A stretch of 32,000 nt of DNA from Trichodesmium erythraeum IMS101 (lineage in GTDB: Bacteria > Cyanobacteriota > Cyanobacteriia > Cyanobacteriales > Microcoleaceae): assembly GCF_000014265.1 (NCBI RefSeq), contig NC_008312.1:1260001-1292000 (forward strand). The letters are read 5' to 3'. How positions within the stretch are numbered: the stretch's first letter is position 1; every line of letters starts with the position of its first letter. Under the pieces are notes generated by a model. The model was not told the DNA's origin. It ran no database searches and saw only the letters and a list, made by a program, of their open reading frames with translations. Below, in pieces: positions 1-10,315 of the stretch. A program made the translations under genes and the position numbers.

Positions 1-767
1 GGGGAGGAGAATTTTTATTAGCAAATTATCACGGTTTTGAACGTTTAGGAACTTTTAAACCTGTAGCAATGATTGGAGGAGAACAGGCAATTTATCAACC
101 TTGGCGGAATACTTATGCACATTTAGTAGCTGCTTTTGGTGTAGATTTTATTAAGAATTATGAATGTTTGGAATTATTTAGTTTTTTGCAAACAAAACCT
201 CTAGCTTTGCTAAATCAAATGATAGAAAAAAAGATTAATTCTCCCCTGGCTTCTTCTTGTGGACGGTTATTTGATGCGGTAGCTGCTGCGATTGGAATTT
301 GCCAAGAATCTTGTAGTTATGAAGGCCAAGCTGCTATCAGTTTGGAGACTTTAGCAACAGAATATTTGTTAAATGATTCTGAAGAAATTGAGAGTTATCA
401 ATTGGATCTGTTACAAATGGAAAATGTAAGTAAATTCCCTCTTACTTATATAGTGCCACAGCCAATGTGGCAATCTTTACTGATAGATACAAAACAAAGT
501 GCCACTCCAGCTCTGATGGCAGCTAAATTTCATCAAGGGTTAGCGAAGGCTATTTCTAAGATGGTAGCTGAATTACATCAGAGTTGTGAGTTTAATCAGG
601 TAGCTTTGACTGGTGGAGTATTTCAAAATCAATTGTTACTTTCTCTAGTGAGCGATCGCTTAATTAAAATGGGGTTAGACGTATTGACTCATCGTCAAGT
701 TCCAGCTAATGATGGTGGTTTATCTCTAGGTCAAGTAGCGATCGCTGCGGCTAGACTGAGAATGTAA
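1..767 (+). CDS. hypF: [NiFe]-hydrogenase maturation carbamoyltransferase HypF, C-terminal part (5' end lies outside the window)
   Basis: Frame 3 is open from base 3 (GGEFLLANYHGFERLGTFKPVAMIGGEQ...) to the TAA at 765-767. The C-terminal tail ...THRQVPANDGGLSLGQVAIAA is typical of HypF. The gene sits directly upstream of hypC, hypD, hypE and hypA. Confidence 0.85.
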   Translation, partial: GGEFLLANYHGFERLGTFKPVAMIGGEQAIYQPWRNTYAHLVAAFGVDFIKNYECLELFSFLQTKPLALLNQMIEKKINSPLASSCGRLFDAVAAAIGICQESCSYEGQAAISLETLATEYLLNDSEEIESYQLDLLQMENVSKFPLTYIVPQPMWQSLLIDTKQSATPALMAAKFHQGLAKAISKMVAELHQSCEFNQVALTGGVFQNQLLLSLVSDRLIKMGLDVLTHRQVPANDGGLSLGQVAIAAARLRM

Positions 768-835
768 AATCAGAGGGACAAGACAAGGAGGAAAAAACAA
801 GGAGTCGTGGACAGATCGAGGAATTTTAAACAATT

Positions 836-1043
836 TTGATTTTAGTCAAAGTTTGATTAATTTATTTTCATAAAAATATGTTTAGGAATTCCTGGTCAAA
901 TTGTTGAAATTACCGATATTGTCAAGAAATTGGCAATAGTTGTATTAGTGGGAAAAAGAGAGGTTAATGATGAAGAAGATTCAGTTGAGTCTTGTTTTGG
1001 TGACTGGGTATCAGTTCATATGGGCAATTCCTGTGAAGCGTTA
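836..1043 (+). pseudogene. Decayed tandem duplicate of the hypC upstream region plus about the first 60 codons (pseudo-hypC)
   Basis: 836-1043 aligns with 1044-~1270 (ttgattttagt[c/a]aaagtttgattaa...tttaggaattcctggtcaaattgttgaaattaccgatattgtcaagaaattggcaat...). In the CLGIPGQIVEITDIVKKLA frame (from 879) the start codon reads ATA instead of ATG. Two internal deletions are present, and the frame ends at the TGA at 1062-1064. Confidence 0.6.
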
Positions 1044-1082
1044 TTGATTTTAGTAAAAGTTTGATTAACTTATTTAAGAAAA

Positions 1083-1331
1083 ATGTGTTTAGGAATTCCT
1101 GGTCAAATTGTTGAAATTACCGATATTGTCAAGAAATTGGCAATGGTTAGTATTAGTGGAGTCAAAAGAGAGGTTAATATTGCTTGCATTATTGATGAAG
1201 AACATCCGATAGAGTCTTGTGTTGGTGACTGGGTGTTAGTTCATGTGGGTTTTGCCATGAACCGTTTAGATGAAGAAGAAGCCACAGAAACTTTAAAATT
1301 ATTGCAGGAAGTCGCTGCAGTAATGAATTAA
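1083..1331 (+). CDS. hypC: Hydrogenase maturation chaperone HypC/HupF family
   Basis: 82 aa beginning MCLGIPGQIVEI (invariant N-terminal Cys after Met), with the motif DWVLVHVGFA. Located in hyp gene context. Confidence 0.9.
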   Translation: MCLGIPGQIVEITDIVKKLAMVSISGVKREVNIACIIDEEHPIESCVGDWVLVHVGFAMNRLDEEEATETLKLLQEVAAVMN

Positions 1332-1719
1332 AAAGTAGGTTTGTTTGAGTAAGGACACATAGGCTTTTAACTTATGGTATAGTTTCTGATCATCTGTAAT
1401 TATTTTTATTTATGCTACCAGGTTGAATTCAAAACTGAACTGGACCCAAATAACCACTCAAAAAACATTGCTACTCAAACACGAGCTCTGTCACCGGTAG
1501 TGCAAATGCAAACACTGCAATGCTCGTGAGTGAGACTTGAGTGCAGCCTTAAATTTAGCAATGGAGTTCACCCCGGGGACCTGGATAACACTCACACTGC
1601 CAGCAATAGGGAACAGAAAATTTGTCAAAAATCCAATAATTATTAGATTTTATAAGATTGTTGGAGATTTTTGGGAACGTAAACCTAACATATTATTACA
1701 TTTATTTCTGATAACTGAT

Positions 1720-2853
1720 ATGAAGTACGTTAAAGAATTTCGCGACCCCGACAAAGCACAAGGTTTAGTAAGAGAAATTGCTCAACTCAGCCAAAAGTTA
1801 GGATACACCACGGAACACCCACTAAAAATAATGGAAGTTTGTGGGGGTCACACTCACTCTATTTTTAAATATGGCATTCAAGAAGCTTTACCTAATAATA
1901 TTGAACTAATACATGGCCCTGGCTGTCCAGTTTGCATTATGCCCAGAGGTAGATTAGATGATGCGATCGCTCTGGCAGAAAAACCCAATGTCATTTTTAC
2001 AACTTTCGGTGATGGGATGCGAGTACCGGGTTCTCAAAAAAGTTTGTTACAGGCAAAAGCTCAGGGTGCAGATATTAGAATGGTTTATTCGCCCCTGGAT
2101 AGTTTGAAGATAGCTAAAGAAAACCCAGATAAAGAGATAATTTTCTTTGGTTTAGGTTTTGAAACTACTGCCCCCAGTGCAGCTTTAACTATTTTGCAGG
2201 CAGAAGCAGAAGGCGTCAAAAATTTCAGTATATTTAGTAACCATGTTTTGGTTGTACCGGCTCTAGAGGCATTACTTAGCAACCCAGATTTAGAATTACA
2301 AGGTTTTGTTGGGCCTGGTCATGTGAGTATGGTTATTGGTACTCAAGTATATCACATAATTTCGGAAAAATACCAAAAACCTGTGGTTGTATCAGGTTTT
2401 GAACCTTTGGATATTTTGCAGTCTATTTGGATGTTACTACAGCAAATATTAGAAGGTCGTTGTGAAGTTGAAAATCAATATAGTCGCATAGTAAAAGAAG
2501 AGGGTAATAGGGTAGCACTTGAAGCCATGAAACGAGTATTTGAAGTGCGAGATACGTTTGAGTGGCGTGGTTTGGGAGAAATTCCCGAGTCCGGATTAAA
2601 AATTACTGATGCTTATTCCTGTTTTGATGCTGAGGCTAAGTTTTGTCTGCCTAACAAAAAAGTTGCTGATGCTAAAGCTTGCCAATGTGGGGAAATTCTC
2701 AAAGGTGTACTGAAACCTTGGGAGTGTAAAGTCTTTGGTACTGCTTGTACTCCTGAAAACCCGATCGGCACTTGCATGGTTTCCTCTGAAGGTGCTTGTG
2801 CTGCCTATTATAAATATGGTCGGTTGTTTAAGAAGGAAAAAGTTAAGGTTTAA
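1720..2853 (+). CDS. hypD: Hydrogenase maturation Fe-S protein HypD
   Basis: The ORF is open from 1537, but recognisable HypD sequence starts at the in-frame ATG at 1720 (MKYVKEFRDPDKAQGLVREI...). Motifs present: EVCGGHTH, GPGCPVC, FETTAP, PGHVS, and the C-terminal Cys cluster CQCGEILKG...C..F...C.PENP.G.CMVSSEGAC. Confidence 0.9.
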   Translation: MKYVKEFRDPDKAQGLVREIAQLSQKLGYTTEHPLKIMEVCGGHTHSIFKYGIQEALPNNIELIHGPGCPVCIMPRGRLDDAIALAEKPNVIFTTFGDGMRVPGSQKSLLQAKAQGADIRMVYSPLDSLKIAKENPDKEIIFFGLGFETTAPSAALTILQAEAEGVKNFSIFSNHVLVVPALEALLSNPDLELQGFVGPGHVSMVIGTQVYHIISEKYQKPVVVSGFEPLDILQSIWMLLQQILEGRCEVENQYSRIVKEEGNRVALEAMKRVFEVRDTFEWRGLGEIPESGLKITDAYSCFDAEAKFCLPNKKVADAKACQCGEILKGVLKPWECKVFGTACTPENPIGTCMVSSEGACAAYYKYGRLFKKEKVKV

Positions 2854-2953
2854 TGCCAGTGGCTTAGGTTAGGGTTTATAATTGATTCCATAGTGGGACC
2901 AATGAACATAAGCCCTTTGTAGGAAATCTCACAAAAAAATCATTTCGTGACAA

Positions 2954-3012
2954 CTGATAAATGATAAATGATAACTAATAACTGATAACTAATAACTGAA
3001 ATAACTGGTAAT
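2954..3012. repeat. Low-complexity run of degenerate short tandem repeats (gataaat / ataacta / ataactg)
   Basis: ctgataaatgataaatgataactaataactgataactaataactgaaataactggtaatc is visible directly. It resembles cyanobacterial STRR-like short repeats. Confidence 0.5.
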
Positions 3013-4285
3013 CATCATTTAAAAATTTATGCCTACATTACAAGTACTAAAAAACATTAAAAAATCACCCCAAATTTTTCTAGAATAAACGAGAATATTT
3101 GGAGTTTCTTGCCCACTATAGTAGGATTATGTTTAATAATTAGTATGATATTTTTGAAGAAAAAAAATATCATTGGTTGGGCTAGTGTCATAAATTAAGT
3201 AATATTTTATTAACTGGATATGAACCAGCTAAACAGGAAAATAATGAGTAGATAGATGAGCATAAATTCTCAGGAAAAGAGGTATGAAGCCTGATAAAAT
3301 TTGACCGTTAATAAATTTAAAAAATTATAATTGAAAAAATTATAATTGAAAAAAAATTGTCTACATCGAAAATACCAATAAATATTGAATTATTCAAAAA
3401 AAAATTCGACATTAACCAGAATATTTAGAGTTTATTGCACCGATATTAGTGATGTTATTACTAAAGACAATAGCCCAGTTAAATTTTAATTTATGAACAA
3501 CAAAAACGATTCTTAACTACTAATTTTTTTTGGTTCCTTTTATACTTATTTACCATTTTTAGCTATTGCCAATATTGGAATATATTTACAGTTACAAGAT
3601 ACCACCATTTGTACTAAATTTTCTCTTCAGTTTACAACTCAAGGTACCGAAGATTGGAGTAACAAAAAAAATCGTTCTTATTTGGGTTGGTATTTTGCTA
3701 AACATCCATAAGTAGCTATTGAACCAGATAATTTCATTCGGCTAATATACAGACATCTATTAAAAACTTACTGAGAGTTCATAGAGAAATAAATAATTTC
3801 TACAATGAACCTCTATTGGATCGAAAACTCCAAAAACTTTTTAGCAATATGGGTAAGATTCCACCTCAAGTAAACCGTGAATATGTTAATTGTTTAGTAG
3901 AAGTACTTTTAACTAATGGAAATAGCGTTGCTTGGTATGCTGAAGGGATATAGAAATCTATAGTAGAAAAATTCGATTCTGAACAAGCACTTACAGCAAT
4001 ACTATCTTTCAATGAATCAAGCATTTCTGCTCGTCTACAACATAAATTATATCAAGAAAAGTTTAAACTTTATTATTGGAAATAATGACAGACTAAAGTT
4101 TATATACAGAGAATAAAAAAATGATTTCAAAGTAACAAAAATACAATCCTTCTTTCAATACAATGAAAAATGATTCAGAAATTAAACGTCAGGTTGAAAA
4201 TTTGAAAAAAATATTATCGTAAATAGATAACTAAATCTAAAAATTAGCAATCTTAATAAAATTGATATTTAAACTGATATTTAAT

Positions 4286-5392
4286 ATGACAAACTCTCTA
4301 TCCAACGAACCCAAACAACATTCTTTATTTAAAAAAATCGAACGAGCGCGACGTCGCCCTACAAAAGTTCGTGACACCAACATTACTCTCGCTTATGGTA
4401 GCGGCGGTAAAGCAATGCGTGACCTCATAGAAGATATTTTTGTCAGCAATTTTGACAACCCTATTCTATCTCAACTAGAAGACCAAGCAACATTTGACCT
4501 GGCAACCTTTACCGCTCAAGGAGACAGACTTGCTTTTACCACCGACTCCTATGTAGTTGACCCCATCTTTTTTCCTGGAGGTAATATTGGTGAACTAGCA
4601 GTCAACGGCACCGTTAACGATCTAGCTGTAAGTGGCGCAAAACCTTTATATCTCTCCTGTGGAATGATTATTGAAGAAGGTTTCCCAGTTGACTCCCTCC
4701 GAAAAATAGCAAAAAGTATGAAAGTTGCAGCAGATGTCGCTGGAGTAAAAATTGTTACAGGAGATACAAAAGTTGTTCCTCAAGGCGCTGCAGACAAATT
4801 ATTTATCAATACTGCGGGGGTGGGTGTAGTTCGCTCTGGTATTTCTATTTCTGCCCAAAATATCCAACCGGGGGATACCGTTATTGTCAATGGTTATCTT
4901 GGAGACCACGGAGCAGCTATTACAGTCGCCCGTGGAGACCTGGCCTTAGCAACGGAAGTCAAAAGCGATACTCAAGCTTTAAATGGTTTGGTCGATATTA
5001 TTCTTGATGTTTGTCTGGAAGTACGGGCGATGCGAGATGCTACCCGTGGCGGTGTAGCAACAGTATTAAATGAATTTGCCATGAGTTCTGAGGTAGGGAT
5101 ACGACTTTTTGAATCTTCTCTACCAGTGCGGGAAGAGGTGCAGGGAGTCTGTGAAATTCTCGGTCTCGACCCTTTATATTTTGCCAATGAAGGTAAGTTA
5201 GTGACAGTGGTGCCCAGAGAAAAGGGGGAAGCTGTTTTGGCAGCAATGAAATCTCATCCTGCGGGTATTGATGCTGCTATTGTGGGGGAAGTTATTGCTT
5301 CTCCCCCCGGAATTTTGTTCTTGCAAACTACATTCGGCACCGAACGCATTGTGGATATGTTGGTAGGAGAACAACTGCCAAGAATTTGTTAG
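4286..5392 (+). CDS. hypE: Hydrogenase maturation protein HypE (carbamoyl dehydratase)
   Basis: The ORF is open from 4262 (TTG); the first ATG is at 4286 (MTNSLSNEPKQ...). PurM/AIR-synthase-like fold motifs are present: AYGSGG, TTDSYVV.P.FFPGG.IG.LAV.GT.NDLA, GDTKV. The invariant C-terminal PRIC is present. Confidence 0.9.
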   Translation: MTNSLSNEPKQHSLFKKIERARRRPTKVRDTNITLAYGSGGKAMRDLIEDIFVSNFDNPILSQLEDQATFDLATFTAQGDRLAFTTDSYVVDPIFFPGGNIGELAVNGTVNDLAVSGAKPLYLSCGMIIEEGFPVDSLRKIAKSMKVAADVAGVKIVTGDTKVVPQGAADKLFINTAGVGVVRSGISISAQNIQPGDTVIVNGYLGDHGAAITVARGDLALATEVKSDTQALNGLVDIILDVCLEVRAMRDATRGGVATVLNEFAMSSEVGIRLFESSLPVREEVQGVCEILGLDPLYFANEGKLVTVVPREKGEAVLAAMKSHPAGIDAAIVGEVIASPPGILFLQTTFGTERIVDMLVGEQLPRIC

Positions 5393-5407
5393 GCAGGAGC
5401 AACACGG

Positions 5408-5600
5408 AAGTCAAAAGTCAAAATTTAGGAAGTCAAAATTTAGAAAGTTAAAAGTCAAAAGTTAGATTTTAATGGTTTAAAACTTGGGAAGTTAAAAGTC
5501 AAAAGTTAGACTTTAATGGTTCAAAATTTTGACGGTTGATCAAAAAAAACTTTTCACTTTCAACTTTTATTTCCCTTCTGCCTTCTGCCTTTCTTTCTCC
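5408..5600. repeat. Composite short-repeat block in the hypE-hypA spacer
   Basis: Iterated aagtcaaaa / agttaaaagtcaaaagtt motifs. Two ~44-bp direct copies: g(a/g)aagttaaaagtcaaaagttaga(t/c)tttaatggtt(t/c)aaaa at ~5443-5486 and ~5487-5530. An inverted partner, aacttttcactttcaactttt, lies at ~5549-5569. ccttctg occurs twice at ~5574-5590. Confidence 0.6.
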
Positions 5601-5647
5601 AAAGTGTAGGTATTTAAAAGCACAGGATATAACACCCATTATCAAAT

Positions 5648-5992
5648 ATGCATGAATTAGGAATTACTCAAAATATTGTTGCCATAGTTGCCGAAAATGC
5701 TAACAATAGATTGATAAAACGAGTCACCCTAGAAATAGGTGAACTATCTGCTATTATGCCCAATGCTATTGAATTTTGTTTTGATGTTTGCACTCAAGGT
5801 ACAGTATTGGAAGGGGCAACTTTAGAAATTATCAAAATTCCTGGTTTAGGAAAATGTCGTCAATGTGCAACAGAAATTCCCCTAGAGCAACCATTCGGCA
5901 TTTGTCATGTTTGTAATAGTGTTGAACTTGATATTATTCAAGGTCAAGAACTTAAAATTAAGGAAATGGAAGTAGAAGAATTATCTGTTTAA
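5648..5992 (+). CDS. hypA: Hydrogenase nickel-insertion metallochaperone HypA
   Basis: 114 aa beginning MHELGITQNIV (the MHE Ni-binding N-terminus). The Zn site is two CxxC pairs (CRQC ... CHVC). Confidence 0.9.
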   Translation: MHELGITQNIVAIVAENANNRLIKRVTLEIGELSAIMPNAIEFCFDVCTQGTVLEGATLEIIKIPGLGKCRQCATEIPLEQPFGICHVCNSVELDIIQGQELKIKEMEVEELSV

Positions 5993-6003
5993 TATCAAAA
6001 GAA

Positions 6004-6038
6004 TTGAAGTTAACTTAAACTTAACTACTTCAACTTTT
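6004..6038 (+). terminator. Possible intrinsic terminator after hypA
   Basis: Stem TTGAAGT (6004-6010) / ACTTCAA (6027-6033) with a 16-nt loop, followed by CTTTT. It starts 12 nt after the hypA stop. The stem is AT-rich and the U-tract is short. Confidence 0.35.
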
Positions 6039-6309
6039 CCTATTCAGTAAAGTTGACATTGTGTAATATAGTTTTCCCTTTATAACTTAAAATCTCTAAA
6101 AAGCTTATCAAAGGTTGAGATAAAGTAGAAGTAATATTATTTTTTTTGAATACCCACAGTGGGAAAATTTTCAAAGAGACATAATATTAGGATTATTTAT
6201 GGGATTAACTTTAGTAAGTACTTCTAGCATTCAAAAAATTCACCCTCCGTTTCACGAAGTCAATTTATAATTCGTTGCTTTTTTACCACTATCTAATTCT
6301 GAATAAAAG

Positions 6310-7314
6310 TCAACTTTGTCTAACATATTTTCTAATATCAATTGCCACTGCACTGACAATAATTAATCCCTTAACAATAAATTGTAAATAAGGACTTAAC
6401 TCAATAAATACCAGACCATAATTAATAATTTGGAAAATCAAGACTCCTGTGACAACTCCTGATACAGTACCAATACCTCCGGAAGTAGAAACTCCTCCCA
6501 CTACACAAGCAGCAATGGCATCTAACTCATACATATTACCAGTATTATTAGTGGCACTGCCAACACGACCTGCTTCTAATATTCCAGCAAATCCGTATAA
6601 TAAACCCGCTAAAGTATAAACAATTAATAAATACTTAATAACACTAACACCAGAGACAGTTGCTGCTTCAATATTTCCTCCTATAGCATACATATTTCTG
6701 CCCAAAATAGTTTGATTCCATAAAACCCAAATAACTCCAATTACTATGACTGCATAGATAATTAAATATGGAATTTCAAAGGAACCTAAAATCAAATCAC
6801 CTTGAACAAAAGTAGTAAAATTTTCAGCTAATCCACCAACTGGTTGTGCTCCTAAAGGAGGGCGATCAAAATAAATAGAATTTAATCCATAAATTATAAT
6901 CATTGTTCCTAATGTAGCAATAAAAGGAGGTACTTTAAACATACCTACAACCACTCCATTAATGAACCCAAAAAAAGCACAAATTATCAGAGTAAATAAC
7001 ATCGGAATTATTAAAGGTAATTCCATTAAATTTGGATACATACGGTAAGGATAATCTGCTCCTTGTAATAATGAAGCTGATAATACTGCTCCTACTCCTA
7101 CTATACGTCCTGCAGATAAATCAGTACCTTGAGTAATTAAAACTCCCCCAACACCCAAAGCAATAATAATTCGAGTCGAAGCTTGAGTTAAAATCAGACG
7201 AAAATTATTAACTGTTAAAAAATCAGGTGAAATTATAGTTATAACAATTAACAATAGGATTAACACTAAGTAGATAGCATTATTAAGAGCAAAGTTTATA
7301 ATTTGTTTAATCAT
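6310..7314 (-). CDS. mglC: Galactose/methyl-galactoside ABC transporter permease (MglC-type)
   Basis: 334 aa, multi-pass membrane protein. Long blocks match E. coli MglC as I recall it: TQGTDLSAGR, PPFIATLGTMII.YG, GSATNN.G.MYELDAIAACVVGGVS.SGG.GTV.GVVTGV.IF..INYGL. Confidence 0.85.
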   Translation of the reverse strand: MIKQIINFALNNAIYLVLILLLIVITIISPDFLTVNNFRLILTQASTRIIIALGVGGVLITQGTDLSAGRIVGVGAVLSASLLQGADYPYRMYPNLMELPLIIPMLFTLIICAFFGFINGVVVGMFKVPPFIATLGTMIIIYGLNSIYFDRPPLGAQPVGGLAENFTTFVQGDLILGSFEIPYLIIYAVIVIGVIWVLWNQTILGRNMYAIGGNIEAATVSGVSVIKYLLIVYTLAGLLYGFAGILEAGRVGSATNNTGNMYELDAIAACVVGGVSTSGGIGTVSGVVTGVLIFQIINYGLVFIELSPYLQFIVKGLIIVSAVAIDIRKYVRQS

Positions 7315-7523
7315 TGGTAAATTTAAATATAATTGTTTTTTTGTTCACACCAAAATCTCTCTCAATTTAAATAAGTAAGTCAAAAAAAAATATATTTTTA
7401 AAAGTTTAAAAATTATTTATGAATACTAATTATAATAGTAAGCACTAGTATATTTAGAAAATGAATAAACTTAGAATTACTAAAACTCTTATAGTATGAT
7501 ATTTTCTAATACCAGGACAAGCA

Positions 7524-9053
7524 TTATAAATACAACCCAGATAAACCCATAATTTCCTCTTGAATCCTATTGTTTTGAGTCATTTTTTTTGATTCAACTA
7601 TACCTGCAACTTTACCGTTACTCATAACTAAAATTCTATCAGTAACTCCCAATAATTCTGACATTTCTGAAGATACCATAATAATTCCCATACCTTCATT
7701 AGCTAAATCATTTATTAACTTATATATTTCATATTTAGCCCCCACATCTATCCCTCTTGTTGGCTCATCCAACATCAAAATTTTTGGTTTAGTTAATAAC
7801 CAACGTCCAATTATTACCTTTTGTTGATTTCCACCAGATAATTTCCCAATTAAAGTTTTTTGTGAAGGTGTTTTTACTCCCATTGAATCAATTATTTCTT
7901 GAGTGTGTTGTCGAATTTTTTTTTCGGATAGTAAACCCCAGCTATTCACATAATAATTAATATTAGCAATTGTGGCATTAAAACTTACTGATAAACTATC
8001 AAAAATACCCGTACTTCTTCTCTCTTCAGTTACTAAAGCAAATCCCTGAGAAATCACTTTATTAATTCTAGAATTATCAATTTTTTTACCCTCTAAAAGT
8101 ATTTCTCCTGAACTGACTTTTCTGATGCCAAATATTCCCTCAAGAATATCTGTTCTTTTTGCTCCTACAAGTCCAGCTATTCCTAAAATTTCTCCTGCTT
8201 TTAATTCAAAGTTAATATCCTTAATCGAAGGTTGAGTATAAGCAGTTAAATTTTTAACTTCTAAAATAACCTTACCTAGTTGACAAGTTTTATGAGGAAA
8301 TAAACTAGATAATTTTCTATTAACCATCATCTCTATAATTTCAGATTTGGTTAAATCTTGAGATGGTTTAGTTGCTATACAAAAACCATCTCTCATAATG
8401 GTTATTTCATCAGAAATATTTAAAACTTCCTCAATTTTATGAGAGATATAAATAACTCCTACATTTTGATTTTTTAATTGATTAATAATTGAAAATAAAT
8501 GCTCTACTTCTGTTACCGTTAAAGATGAAGTTGGTTCATCCATGACAATAATTTTAGAATTAGAAGAAACTGCTTTAGCAATTTCTACCAATTGCATTTC
8601 TGATATACTCAAAGAACTAACATTTCGTTTAGGGTTAAGTTCTATACTAAGTTTTTCAAACAGATTTTTAGTATCTTTAAAACACTTTATTGTATCAATA
8701 AATATTCCCTTTATAGGATATCTTCCTAGCCAAATATTATCCATAATATTCATTTGTCTGACTTGATTAAGTTCTTGGTGAACCATTGAAACACCATACC
8801 TTAATGCTTGTTGAGGGCTGAAAATTTTTACCCTTTTTCCAGACAAATAAATTTCACCTGCATCCAACTTATAAATACCAAACAAACATTTCATTAAAGT
8901 TGATTTTCCAGCACCATTCTCACCAACTAATGAATGTACTGTACCAGGTCTCACTTTTAATATTGCTCCAGATAATGCTTGTACTCCAGAAAAAGTTTTA
9001 GAGATATTAGTCATTTCTAAAGCATACTTCGTCTTGAATTCTTCTCCAACCAT
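7524..9053 (-). CDS. mglA: Galactose/methyl-galactoside ABC transporter ATP-binding protein (duplicated ATPase, MglA-type)
   Basis: The ORF is open to a TTG at 9071. The ATG at 9053 gives [21 protein letters not shown], colinear with the MglA N-terminus. Two ABC cassettes: GENGAGKST / LSISEMQ / [10 protein letters not shown] and [16 protein letters not shown] / [15 protein letters not shown]. Confidence 0.9.
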   Translation of the reverse strand: MVGEEFKTKYALEMTNISKTFSGVQALSGAILKVRPGTVHSLVGENGAGKSTLMKCLFGIYKLDAGEIYLSGKRVKIFSPQQALRYGVSMVHQELNQVRQMNIMDNIWLGRYPIKGIFIDTIKCFKDTKNLFEKLSIELNPKRNVSSLSISEMQLVEIAKAVSSNSKIIVMDEPTSSLTVTEVEHLFSIINQLKNQNVGVIYISHKIEEVLNISDEITIMRDGFCIATKPSQDLTKSEIIEMMVNRKLSSLFPHKTCQLGKVILEVKNLTAYTQPSIKDINFELKAGEILGIAGLVGAKRTDILEGIFGIRKVSSGEILLEGKKIDNSRINKVISQGFALVTEERRSTGIFDSLSVSFNATIANINYYVNSWGLLSEKKIRQHTQEIIDSMGVKTPSQKTLIGKLSGGNQQKVIIGRWLLTKPKILMLDEPTRGIDVGAKYEIYKLINDLANEGMGIIMVSSEMSELLGVTDRILVMSNGKVAGIVESKKMTQNNRIQEEIMGLSGLYL

Positions 9054-9286
9054 ATTATTCTTTTTTCTCAAGTATGTTCCACTAATAATATTTTTAGTAA
9101 TCCCACTATTCGCCCATTAACTAAATTTAAGGAATTCAAGAATAGTGAGATAAGTTTATATAAATATTTATCAGAAATTGAAGTAAATTTATTCTGATAA
9201 TTAAAACAAACAAGCAGTTAAACTTGTGTGAATTTTTTAGTAAAGTAACTACTGATAATAATCCACACTTTACCTAGAACAGAAGT

Positions 9287-10315
9287 CTAATTATAAGCAT
9301 CTTCTGCTACACCCAAATTATCTTTTGTTATAGAAACATAAGGAACTAAGACTGCTTTATTAACATCTAATTTCCATTGAGTATCTGCCAAAATATCTTT
9401 ACCTAAAGCAGCATTAAAAGCCAAATCAAATGTAGCCTTACCCTGATTCTTAGCATCATTTAAAACAGTACCAACAATTTTTCCTTCTCGAATTTTTATT
9501 AACACTTCAGGTATAGCATCAACTCCCACTATTGGAACTAATTTGTTATCTTTAAAATATCCAGCTTTTTCTAAAGATGATAAAGCTCCTAAAGCCATAG
9601 CATCATTATTAGCAATTACTAACTCAATTTTATTACCATACTTAGATATCCAGACATCCATTTTATTAGCAGCTTTTGTAGCATCCCACATAGCTGTATC
9701 AATTGCTAATTTTTCTACCTCAATACCTGCCTTTTTAACCTCATCAATAACATATTTAGTTCGTGCTTCGGCATCTGGATGTCCTGGTTCACCTTTTAAT
9801 AAAACATATTGAATTTTTCCATCTTGATTCAGATCCCATTGTTCTTTATTTTTATTCCATAAATTAGTAATTATTGTACCTTGTATAATTCCAGATTCTT
9901 GAGAATTAGTACCTACATACCAACTCTTTTCATAACTATTTAAAAGTTCTAATTCTGGCTCTTTATTGAAGAAAATCACAGGTAAATTTGCTTTTTTAGC
10001 TTTTGCTATTACTGTTATAGCTGACTTAGGATCTACTAAGTTAATTGCTAAAGCTTTGACTCCCTTAGCAATCATGGTATCAATTTGCTCAAGTTGCTTG
10101 GCTTGATTATTTTGTGAATCATTAATAAATAATCTTGCTTTAGCATTAGCACTTGATTCAATATAACGACGTACATAAGACATAAAGTTATCATCATATT
10201 TGTAAATAGTGACACCTATCTTAATTAAATTTTCCTTGTTATTACTAGTATTTGCTGTACAACCTATAAATAACAGAGATGCTAAAATTGAAGCTATGAA
10301 TAAACTCTTTTTCAT
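9287..10315 (-). CDS. mglB: Galactose/glucose-binding periplasmic protein, lipoprotein form (MglB-type)
   Basis: The ORF is open to 10363. The internal start at 10315 gives [19 protein letters not shown], a signal peptide with a lipobox Cys. Near-identical blocks to E. coli MglB as recalled: [73 protein letters not shown]. Gene order B-A-C matches the enteric operon. Confidence 0.85.
   Translation of the reverse strand: MKKSLFIASILASLLFIGCTANTSNNKENLIKIGVTIYKYDDNFMSYVRRYIESSANAKARLFINDSQNNQAKQLEQIDTMIAKGVKALAINLVDPKSAITVIAKAKKANLPVIFFNKEPELELLNSYEKSWYVGTNSQESGIIQGTIITNLWNKNKEQWDLNQDGKIQYVLLKGEPGHPDAEARTKYVIDEVKKAGIEVEKLAIDTAMWDATKAANKMDVWISKYGNKIELVIANNDAMALGALSSLEKAGYFKDNKLVPIVGVDAIPEVLIKIREGKIVGTVLNDAKNQGKATFDLAFNAALGKDILADTQWKLDVNKAVLVPYVSITKDNLGVAEDAYN

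Noticed and set aside
1537-1719. 61-codon N-terminal extension of hypD in the ORF track (start at 1537)
   Set aside because: The extension (MSAALNLAMEFTPGTWITL...) has no HypD similarity and runs through the GC-rich hairpin element. The canonical HypD N-terminus MKYVKEFRD starts at the in-frame ATG at 1720.
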